A DNA stretch of 64,000 bases, from positions 124,001 to 188,000 of the IMG/VR virus record IMGVR_UViG_3300032315_001715. One strand, given 5' to 3'. Each line of letters opens with the position of its first letter. The stretch's first letter is position 1. The position numbers and the translations under genes are program-made. Below are positions 46,153-55,200 of this stretch, in pieces. The notes below the pieces were generated by a model that saw nothing but the letters and a program-made list of their open reading frames with translations, was not told the DNA's origin and did no database searches.

Positions 46153-47011
46153 CTGGATCAAATACACATGGCAAACATATAAGGTTACCGGGCAGATCCC
46201 ATACATTATTTCAATTTGGTTGCCTTTTCATCTTCTTTTAGTAGCTGGTATTGTTTTAGCCATCACAGCGTGGTCGTGGACTTATCTGGTGTATTTTGTA
46301 ATCGGATGGACCATTTTTGGTGGTCTCGGCACGGCAGTGATGCTGCATCGCCACGTGTCCCATCGTTCGATCGTCGTTAGAACCTGGATGAAACCAGGCT
46401 TATATTGGATCGGATGCTTGGCTGCACAGGGATCACCAATTTGGTGGGCCGCGTTGCATCGAGGCTACCATCACGCACATTCTGATAAAGACAAGGACAT
46501 ACACAGCCCAATCAATGGGTTCTGGCATGCATACATGGGCTGGATGTTTGGAATCAAACACGATTCAGTTAACCTCAAATACGGAGTCGAGCTGCTGAGA
46601 GATAAGCAGTTAATATGGTTCCATAAGAACTACAACATGGTGGTATGGGGATCAATTGTCGTGATGGCACTGATAGACCCTATGTTTTGTCTGTGGTTTT
46701 ATATCATACCAGCTATGGTTGGTTTACATACTGATAGCCTTGTAAACAGCGTGTGTCACACCATGGGTGCCGGATATCGACCGTTCGACACCAAGGATCG
46801 TAGCCAAAATGTTTGGTATCTCGGATATCTAGGCTGGGGCCAAGGTTGGCACAATAATCATCATTCTGATCCAAGAAGCTATGACTTTGGTACCACCGTT
46901 AGCAAAAAATGGTGGGAATTTGATCCGTGCATGTTATGGGTTCCAATCATATCGCCCTGGGCAGAAACTAAGAAAATTTGGGCACAATGGAGGAATTCAT
47001 GCGCTGGATAG
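46145..47011 (+). CDS. Membrane fatty-acid (delta-9-type) desaturase
   Basis: His boxes HRHVSH, HRGYHH, HNNHH; transmembrane segments; HSD.DKD.HSP. Confidence 0.9.
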   Translation: MINWIKYTWQTYKVTGQIPYIISIWLPFHLLLVAGIVLAITAWSWTYLVYFVIGWTIFGGLGTAVMLHRHVSHRSIVVRTWMKPGLYWIGCLAAQGSPIWWAALHRGYHHAHSDKDKDIHSPINGFWHAYMGWMFGIKHDSVNLKYGVELLRDKQLIWFHKNYNMVVWGSIVVMALIDPMFCLWFYIIPAMVGLHTDSLVNSVCHTMGAGYRPFDTKDRSQNVWYLGYLGWGQGWHNNHHSDPRSYDFGTTVSKKWWEFDPCMLWVPIISPWAETKKIWAQWRNSCAG

Positions 47012-47628
47012 CAATAGGAGCTACCGTTGAAAACGTTGTAATTGCTGCACACGACGAAATAACACTGCTAGAAACCATAGCCGAGCATGATTTCGACGTC
47101 ATCGTAAAGATATATGGATTGTCTGATGGTGAGTATAACGAAATCAAATCAGGCAACTATGAGTATCGAATTCGATTCAATAATCTAAGAAGCGTTTATC
47201 TTGAACGCATTGGTCGCAGCGAGGAAACCAAACAGCTATCTAGAATTTATACCAAACGAATACAACAAATGGTTGCAATGCGGGGTCGATACGAACATGC
47301 GTTCAACAAACACCGAGCGTTGCTGAGCCAGCAGTATGAAATTTATGAATCCAAGGCCATGGAAGCCAAGGACATCATCAACAACCAGAATAGCGCATTT
47401 TTTCTCGATGGGTATGTTAAGGATTATGCCGAGGAAGCCAACATGGATGTGTTGGCAGCAGCAACACTGATCTGGGCCAAATACACCAACTGGCACGAAT
47501 ATCTTCGAAAGATCGAGCGACTTCGCCTGCGGCATTTCAATGCACTCAAGACCGCCAAGACTGATGAGGATTTCCTTGCGCTTGCTGCCCAGGTCGACAA
47601 AGACTTCTTTATTAACATGCTGATGTAA
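46999..47628 (+). CDS. Hypothetical protein with a tail-fibre-assembly-like helical C-terminus
   Basis: QQYEIY..K..EA...A.....A..I..K...W.....IE..R pattern; SD GGAGG sets the start at 46999. Confidence 0.4.
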   Translation: MRWIAIGATVENVVIAAHDEITLLETIAEHDFDVIVKIYGLSDGEYNEIKSGNYEYRIRFNNLRSVYLERIGRSEETKQLSRIYTKRIQQMVAMRGRYEHAFNKHRALLSQQYEIYESKAMEAKDIINNQNSAFFLDGYVKDYAEEANMDVLAAATLIWAKYTNWHEYLRKIERLRLRHFNALKTAKTDEDFLALAAQVDKDFFINMLM

Positions 47629-47638
47629 AGGAACGGCC

Positions 47639-48718
47639 ATGGAATTAGTTTATTACACCCCTAACAAGCTGTATTCTTATCAAGATATTCGAAGGATTGA
47701 TCCGATGCAGGTGTCGTTTTCACAGATGTTTAATCCAAGCATCAGCTTGATGGATCGAACAGGATCAATTAATTGTCCACCTGTGTCGGTTAAGATCCTA
47801 GATAGTTTCCCGGAATGGACATCGCCGCCAAGCTTCGAGGAACTATGTTACTCGAGGTATGATTCGATATTGCAGCAAGCATTATCCTCCAACAAGACCG
47901 TGGTGATCTTCTATTCCGGTGGGATCGACAGCACGCTGATAGCGGCATTAGCAATCGCACATCCGGATTTCCATCGCCATCGAAATAATCTGCTGTTGGC
48001 GTTTAGCGAGGAAAGCATCAAAGAAAATCCAAAATTTTGGTATGACCGATTGTTGCCAGCGTTTGGGCATCGGATCATAAATTCAAACGGATATCATACG
48101 CATATATCTGACCCAAACAATGTATGCATCACCGGTGAATTTGCTGACAACATTTTTGGTAGCCTAACGGTTAAAAGCTACATGGATGTTAGTGGCGACT
48201 TTGATGCTATACAAAAGCCTTTTGCAGATACTGGAAGATTTTGGCTCTTAAAGAAAATCACCAGTCCTGCTGATCGAGATCGATGTGGTGATATGATGGA
48301 CAAGATCTTCGCAACCAGTCCCAGACCAATGGTGTCAAATCATGATTGCCTGTGGTGGTTGAATTTTGTGCTAAAGTGGCAAGCTGTTAAATTCAGGCTA
48401 GCTAGCCATGCACCTACACCCGATATGGTTGATCTCATGGCTAAAAATGTGGTCCATTTTTTTGAAACCAAGGAGTTTCAAAACTGGGCGGTGATGACCG
48501 ATGAACCAAAGGTTGAAAAGGATTGGTACAGCTATAAGCTGCCAGCAAAGAAGCTAATACATTCAATCAATGGCGACGATTATTATCTACGCTGGAAGAC
48601 CAAGTATCCTAGCATACCCGGATTGACCAGGTATGCTAATACACACGATTTCATATATTGGGACGAACCCAATGATCGATATGTTGCATCAAAGGATTAT
48701 CTATTACCTCTGAAGTGA
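47639..48718 (+). CDS. Second PP-loop asparagine-synthetase-like protein, without glutaminase domain
   Basis: VIFYSGGIDST and ITGEFADNIFG (AsnB-like SGEGADELFG). Confidence 0.75.
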   Translation: MELVYYTPNKLYSYQDIRRIDPMQVSFSQMFNPSISLMDRTGSINCPPVSVKILDSFPEWTSPPSFEELCYSRYDSILQQALSSNKTVVIFYSGGIDSTLIAALAIAHPDFHRHRNNLLLAFSEESIKENPKFWYDRLLPAFGHRIINSNGYHTHISDPNNVCITGEFADNIFGSLTVKSYMDVSGDFDAIQKPFADTGRFWLLKKITSPADRDRCGDMMDKIFATSPRPMVSNHDCLWWLNFVLKWQAVKFRLASHAPTPDMVDLMAKNVVHFFETKEFQNWAVMTDEPKVEKDWYSYKLPAKKLIHSINGDDYYLRWKTKYPSIPGLTRYANTHDFIYWDEPNDRYVASKDYLLPLK

Positions 48719-49446
48719 TCGTAAAGGCCGGTTCGATTTAAAAAGTCATCTGAGAACACGCCGTCGATCCTTAGGCTCCAATTGGCAAACTGGCAGGGTT
48801 CTGAACCGTGCCAGTTTGCGTTATCAAAATATATCACCCGAGAATCGGTATAGTGTTTGGTACCGTCGTTATCTAACACGAAGAATCGCTTGAGGGAGTT
48901 CAAGGTTAACCATATGAATTCGTTTCGATGGCTTCGAGGATTGGGATAATCCCGATGTGTTACGGTTTTAACGCCCGGTTCGTTGATGAACATCACCACA
49001 CGACCGTATTCGTTAAATACATTTTGGGAATCAATCCATTCAAATAGAAATTTGAAATCATTGGTAACGGGGGTATCAATGCAACTATCGTGCAGATGTT
49101 TCGTGCTGTAATGGTCCTGTTTCATCACACGGATATACATCGCTTGGTTCAAGCTAACCACCGGATGCATGTATTTGCAATAGGTGTAAAATCTACCAAG
49201 GCTTCCCAGCTTCGTGGCAATCTGTCTTGCATCTGAGGTTGGATCCCCTACCAAACCTTTTGCAAAGTCACCAAGCTCAATTTGTGTTTGATCATATAGA
49301 TTTGCTTGCACACCAACCAAACTGGTATAAATTTGTTCAGGATATTTGGCAATGGCATATGCAAACGCAGATTGGTGCTGTTCAAGCGCAGAAATATCTA
49401 TGTGGGTTGATAGATCAACCCACGGTTGATCGTTGACAAGATGCAT
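48697..49446 (-). CDS. Putative 2OG-Fe(II) oxygenase
   Basis: THRD ... NWHG ... SLRIDG; start moved to MHLV by SD GGAGAG. Confidence 0.6.
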   Translation of the reverse strand: MHLVNDQPWVDLSTHIDISALEQHQSAFAYAIAKYPEQIYTSLVGVQANLYDQTQIELGDFAKGLVGDPTSDARQIATKLGSLGRFYTYCKYMHPVVSLNQAMYIRVMKQDHYSTKHLHDSCIDTPVTNDFKFLFEWIDSQNVFNEYGRVVMFINEPGVKTVTHRDYPNPRSHRNEFIWLTLNSLKRFFVLDNDGTKHYTDSRVIYFDNANWHGSEPCQFANWSLRIDGVFSDDFLNRTGLYDHFRGNR

Positions 49447-49529
49447 GTTACTCTCCGAAATTGATGTTGACTTTTGGCATGTCTGCCTACATCGTTTATA
49501 ATTAAATACATACAGATAAGTCAAACCAG

Positions 49530-50555
49530 ATGTCATTAATCATTGATCCACGTAGTTATCATCAACAAGAAGACCACACACAATGGCCTTCTAGATTCCC
49601 AGCATGGTTGACTACAACGCAGGATTTATCCCCCGGAAGCTATGTGGTTCCTGATCACGATCACTCGATAGTCATGTTGGGAGGAGAACAACCTCGATGC
49701 ATGGCCAACGTCTGTACTCACAAACGATCCGTCATTCTCAAGGGAAGGGGACAGATCGGATCGGTGATGACCTGCCCGATACATAAATGGACATGGAGCT
49801 TAACCGGAAAGCTACGCGGCGCTAGGGGTTTTGAAAAAAGCTGCGAAATGGATCTCGAGGAACACCCGATACACACATGGCAAAGCCATATTTTTGGCGG
49901 AAATCAAAGCTGGCAAGAGGACATTGGATCTCTTGGCGATCTTGCCAAATGGTTGGATATACAGGACTATCAGTGGCATAGCGGATCAAGATTAAGCTAC
50001 GCATTTGATTGGAAGATTTTCATGGAAATCTTCCTAGATCTCTACCATGTTGCACCGTATCATCCTGGACTTCGAAGCTTAACCGATTGCAACACATTTG
50101 ATTGGATATTTGGCAAGCATTGGAGCTGTCAAACCGCTAAGTTTAACAGGGATTGGCCAAATGAGCTTGGTTATAGGGAGTTGTATAAGCTTTATCAGAA
50201 ATCAGGTCACTACGATTCGGCGATATATGGTGCGGTATGGTTGGGAATCTATCCAAACATCATGATCGAATACTATCCGGGATCAATCGTTGTTAGTACG
50301 GTATGGCCTGACGGACAAGGTAAGTGCGTTAACCATCTTGATTTTTATTATGAAACGTGGTTGTTGGAAAAATTTCCAGAGTTTCCTGCGGTATTCCAAA
50401 ATACGTTCATGACAACCGCCGACGAGGATGAAGAAATCGGGCTTAGGATGCAAGAAGGGTTATCATTGACCAAGACCCCATTTAAATCAATGAACCACAA
50501 GATTGAGGAAGCTGGGTATCAGCATTTCCATCAATGGTTACAAACGTATCTTTAG
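49530..50555 (+). CDS. Rieske non-heme iron oxygenase alpha subunit (choline monooxygenase/CntA-like)
   Basis: NVCTHK...CPIHKW Rieske ligands; WKIFMEIFLDLYHV..YH mononuclear iron motif; TAAATA at 49503-49508. Confidence 0.88.
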   Translation: MSLIIDPRSYHQQEDHTQWPSRFPAWLTTTQDLSPGSYVVPDHDHSIVMLGGEQPRCMANVCTHKRSVILKGRGQIGSVMTCPIHKWTWSLTGKLRGARGFEKSCEMDLEEHPIHTWQSHIFGGNQSWQEDIGSLGDLAKWLDIQDYQWHSGSRLSYAFDWKIFMEIFLDLYHVAPYHPGLRSLTDCNTFDWIFGKHWSCQTAKFNRDWPNELGYRELYKLYQKSGHYDSAIYGAVWLGIYPNIMIEYYPGSIVVSTVWPDGQGKCVNHLDFYYETWLLEKFPEFPAVFQNTFMTTADEDEEIGLRMQEGLSLTKTPFKSMNHKIEEAGYQHFHQWLQTYL

Positions 50556-51097
50556 ATAGAGCAAGCTACCAAATGTATTCGAGGTGTCCATCCGCCGTTG
50601 AAAACAAAGTGCTCTTTGGCGGTATGGACCCTGTACCAGTGACCATCAGATGGTAAATGATAACATATTGATCTTATTGAACTTTTTTCAAAGCATTCGC
50701 CAAATATTGCATTAAGGTTAGTGTCGATCGCTAGGTGATATCTATATCCGTCGTCCTTATGCATCGTTAGTCCGGTCTTGGGCATTAGTCGCATGAATCT
50801 AACCCTGCCCCATTTTACCCCAAGTGTCGATGAGAGATTTTTCAGTACACCCCTGGTATAATCAGGACATTGATCGTTCCATTGATCAAAATCAGATTCA
50901 ACGGCTAAGGTCTTTTTGGCAACGGTATCATATATCCACCCAGTGCAGTCTTTCCATTGGTCTGATGCATTAATTCGATGCCTAAGCCCAATTTGATTAT
51001 TTGATTCCCACGATGTCATTGACAACATCCGTTGAAGATCAGAACGAATCTGATCAAGATCAACGGTACCTTCTATTTTTTTGATAAAATCACTCAT
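50552..51097 (-). CDS. AspH-like 2OG-Fe(II) hydroxylase
   Basis: RFMRLMP...MHKD...YHLAIDTN...HFVFNGG..PRIHLV. Confidence 0.75.
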   Translation of the reverse strand: MSDFIKKIEGTVDLDQIRSDLQRMLSMTSWESNNQIGLRHRINASDQWKDCTGWIYDTVAKKTLAVESDFDQWNDQCPDYTRGVLKNLSSTLGVKWGRVRFMRLMPKTGLTMHKDDGYRYHLAIDTNLNAIFGECFEKSSIRSICYHLPSDGHWYRVHTAKEHFVFNGGWTPRIHLVACSI

Positions 51098-51677
51098 GAT
51101 TCTTTCTACCTATGATCATGTATCTAGAAAAATTCCACGTCGGATAATTGAAATCAAGCTGGCCTTTATACATCATCGGGGATAGACCATAGTTTGAGAC
51201 AAATGATTCTAGATCATCATAGCAATCATGATGATCGTCATGCGGCATGTTATTGCTTTGCAATACCATCATGGTACCAGACGGTATGCGATCATACCAA
51301 TCCCTGGAATGAAAATGTTCGGTGCTGGTATTAATCACGATATCCGGTGGTGGTCCATATTCTCCGCTGATTGGATCTATGGAATTACAGTCTCGGGTAA
51401 ATGCCTTGAATTTCCAACCTTGCCATATCCAATTTTCCATCAGGCTATCAGCTGTTGATTCACAGCTCGGATCAACATCAAAGCTCCTGATGTGTGATAT
51501 TGGCATGATCTGCCTTGCTAGCAACAGCATTCCGGTCATAGCGTGCCATCCACCGTATAACCAAATTATCTGCGGGCGATCGTACTGCATCCGTTCCAAT
51601 TGAGAACAAAGCCATAACTTGCTTGATATCTGGCCGCTGCTAAAAGCATCCCTACTGACAAGAAACTGATCAGCCAT
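51090..51677 (-). CDS. Class I SAM-dependent methyltransferase-like protein
   Basis: LYGGWHA, IRSFDVDP, DIVINTSTEH. Confidence 0.6.
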   Translation of the reverse strand: MADQFLVSRDAFSSGQISSKLWLCSQLERMQYDRPQIIWLYGGWHAMTGMLLLARQIMPISHIRSFDVDPSCESTADSLMENWIWQGWKFKAFTRDCNSIDPISGEYGPPPDIVINTSTEHFHSRDWYDRIPSGTMMVLQSNNMPHDDHHDCYDDLESFVSNYGLSPMMYKGQLDFNYPTWNFSRYMIIGRKNHE

Positions 51678-51966
51678 GACCGACCTGGCCGTACGTATTA
51701 TAGCTCACTTTTTCAATTGTCGACGAGAAGCTCTTTTCGAATATTGTCTGGGCTACCCGGAGATACTCGTTGCGATATTTTTCGGGTATCTGTCCAATGA
51801 TCAGCCCTAAATTTGTAGCAACCGCAGATACAACAACACCAATGGACTGATCCGGTGGGATCGTTTCGATCATCTGCTGATATAACTCTGATATGTATTC
51901 ATACATATCCTCATTTATCGCGAGTTGGATATCCGTAATGTCACTATGATCGTCGTTAGTTGCCAT
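51670..51966 (-). CDS. Small hypothetical protein
   Basis: 98 aa, overlapping the next gene. Confidence 0.5.
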   Translation of the reverse strand: MATNDDHSDITDIQLAINEDMYEYISELYQQMIETIPPDQSIGVVVSAVATNLGLIIGQIPEKYRNEYLRVAQTIFEKSFSSTIEKVSYNTYGQVGHG

Positions 51967-51969
51967 TGT

Positions 51970-52173
51970 CTATTGCTTCTTCTTTTTGTAACGAGTTAGC
52001 AAGGCTGATATAGTTTCAGCATTTCCTTGCTCTTCAGGGTGATTCTGTAATAACCATTCTTCAACTTCCATGCAGGTACGTTGATTTGTTGCTACCAGTC
52101 GAAGCATTTGGATCGCTTCTTCAAGTCGTAATTCTAAGATTTGTATTTTGCTTTCAGGAGACTTCTTAACCAT
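51970..52173 (-). CDS. Small hypothetical protein
   Basis: 67 aa, tight packing. Confidence 0.5.
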   Translation of the reverse strand: MVKKSPESKIQILELRLEEAIQMLRLVATNQRTCMEVEEWLLQNHPEEQGNAETISALLTRYKKKKQ

Positions 52174-52211
52174 AAACAGATTATTACCGTCTGATCAAGG
52201 AAAATCAACCT

Positions 52212-52239
52212 TAAAAAAAGGGTCCTTTCGGACCCTTTT
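52212..52239 (-). terminator. Rho-independent terminator after the sheath gene
   Basis: aaaagggtcc-gaaa-ggaccctttt followed by further T's on the minus strand. Confidence 0.85.
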
Positions 52240-52244
52240 CTTTG

Positions 52245-55200
52245 TTACGCAGAACCTCCTGGTAGAGGATCGCCAGTATTGAGTATCCTGATCGGGATAT
52301 AGATGAACTCAATCGCCTTTTCTGGCTTGATCGCAATATCAATCCACAGCTCGTTCCTGTCAATTCTTTCAGCGGTGTTGTTGCTGTCGTCGCAAACCAC
52401 GGCAAAGTCGTACACTGCCCGCAGAGTTTGCAGGTTGCGCATGAAGGAATTAAACGTAGCAACGACGTTCTGGCGCGTTTGCTGATCGTTAGGCTCAAAG
52501 AGGAACGGTTTTGCAAGTATATCTAGGTTGTATTTGAGATAGTTAATCAGCCGTACAACGTTGATTCGATCCAGTGCCGTGGGCACCGGGCTTAGGGTCT
52601 TCTGACCATATACCACAAGTCCTCGACCTGGAATGAACGCGATCGGATTGATCTTGTTGGCGTAGAGAACATCGCGCTGGCCTTGATTCAACCGGACCAC
52701 GCTGTATTCTTCCTCGGCATTGAGATATCCAACGCTTGCTACACCGGTAACCAATCCTCGGTTGAATCCTGCCGGAGCAAACCACGGATATGCAACCTGA
52801 TCGCTGTATGCTATGGTACGAAGGGCCATCATCGCCGCCGGTACCATTACTTCATTACCGTTGAGATCCGTTCCAAGACCCCAAGGATAGTAAAGGGCTG
52901 CATACGGAGTGCTGCTGGTTAGTCCATCTGGACCATTGCTTGCTGCACCGTTCTGATTGTTAGCCCATTCCGTGAACGCGGTGCCAGTTGGTTCTAGCGT
53001 TGCAGGTGTGTCAGCTACGATAAACGCAACTTCCTTCTTGTCAACATTTAGGGTGATCATTTCATCCAAGCATTCAACATATCCGGGGGTTGAAATGAGG
53101 TTGAAATAGGTTTCTTCGGCACGTGCTTCCTCGTTACCACTAATCGCACCCTGCAACCCGCGCACGATGACAGCCCTCTGTGCTGCATCGCCCATGTACG
53201 GTGCACCGTTGAGCTGATTGCCACTTTCGGTAACCCAACGGTCACGATAAGAATATGTCGTCGGTAGGTAGTTCTTTCGGAACACCTTGACGTTGTTGGT
53301 GCTGTAACGGGTATTAAACAACATCATACCGGCTGGATACAACATTGCATCTGGGCAATCTGGATCAACATAATCGCTGGTAACCATATCACTTTCAATT
53401 TGGCTGCCAGTTGCGGTGCCGTTAGCATTTGGACGTGCATCGGCAAACACGATCCCCTTGCTGGTGGTTCGATCGGTGTTATCGACCAACACCCAGCTTG
53501 CATCCATGCTGCTGTATCGATAGATTGCCGGATATGTCGATACGTTGGTATCAATCCAGATATCGTAATCAACCAATGCACCAAGAGTGCTTTGCTCAAG
53601 AGGAGCCTCGCTTGACAATATCGGTCCGTTTGGATCAGTTGCTGGATATGCATTCCTATAGCCAAGCCACTGTGTTCCGTTATTGACCATGATATCGGCA
53701 CGCAACGTTGTATTGTACCAAAGTGTGCCATCAACCGGAGTACCGCTCGGAGCAGACGCTGATGGAGTATAATCTAGGTCAACCCACGAAGTTCCATCCC
53801 ATTCCTTGATGACATGCGATGCTTCGGCCGGAGATGTGTTGTCGCTGTTATACAGCACAAACACGCTGCCGATTTGCTTGAGACTACCAAATGCAACATC
53901 AGCTGCCGACGTCGACGAATACATGGGAACCGTACCGGTGTTCGGCCTAATGTTTAGGGACCGCCATGCAGCTCCGGTATAGGTCTTAACCGAGTAGTTT
54001 GCACCTTGGTTTCCCGGCGTGGTGTTGATCCACACATTGGTAGCAGCGATGCTGGATAGATCAGACGGTACAGTTAACCCTGGTGAATAACCCTGGTAAA
54101 CCAGCGAACGACCAAAGGTTACACCTGCAGCAATTCCGGCTCCTGCCAATGGGCTTTCCCTGATATCCTCAAGGATAAAACTGGTGCCATTGGTGTTGGT
54201 AAGTTTCAGCATGTTGTCGGTGGTCTTGCTTGCTACGATCGGACCGTTAGGGAATCCAACCGTATTGATTTCTGCAATCAATCCATCCAAGGTATTGTTA
54301 GGAAGGGCCGGAACGTGGATTATCACCGGGCCGCTGCCTGCGTCAATGCTGAAACTCACGCTCTGCAACCAGTCATCTATAAGATTAAACGTTGCGCCGA
54401 CTCCACCACCGGTGACCGACACCGGATTAGTTGGGTATATCGTATAGCTACCAGGAGTGGTAACAGTTACAGTGTTTACACCCCATACCAAGTCAACCGT
54501 TGCACTATCTCCGCCGCCGGAGGTCGAAGTTGCTGATACGTTTGTGGTAGGAGCAACAGCACCGGTATATTGACCAGCCTGGACAATGCTCAGCCCGGTA
54601 ATACCGTTCGATCCATCAATGCTGTCAACCTTCAATATCACCGGTGTTGCAAATCCAGCTCCGCTAAAGGTCAGCGTGTCATTAACATCGTATCCGCTAC
54701 CTGGGACGTTTGGAGTGCCTCCGACGACCTTAATGCTAGCGACTGTCAATACCGTTGCCGTGCTAAAGGTACCTCCAGCAACCGTCAACGCATCACTAAC
54801 CGCGTATCCGCTGCCAGCTGCTACCGAGGTAGCGCTTGCGGTCTTCAGCGTTGCTGCGGTAAACGTTGGATTGCTAACGGTGCCGGTTACGCTGGCCCAA
54901 TAGGTGTTGGTAGGAAGTATTCCTGCATTCCTCCACGGTGTTCCGACGCCATACTGATCACTGAGATCATTAACGATGATGTCGGTCGAATCATAGTTGG
55001 TTATGCGTAGATATTTTTGGCTACCAACGGTGTACACAGATGCCACGGCATTAACACTGGCCGTGTTAAGTGCAGTGTTGATTGCACCGACAAATCCAGT
55101 CAGCGTGCCACCAGATGGTACCGTAATCGTTGCTGTGCTCACTGCACCGATCGTGATCTTGCACTGAGTGCCGGCGGTAAATGTTGGATTTGCAACGGTT

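Noticed and set aside
43418-52173. Lasso peptide or other RiPP call for the island
   Set aside because: No precursor peptide, leader peptidase or RRE protein was seen in the window, so a RiPP call cannot be supported.
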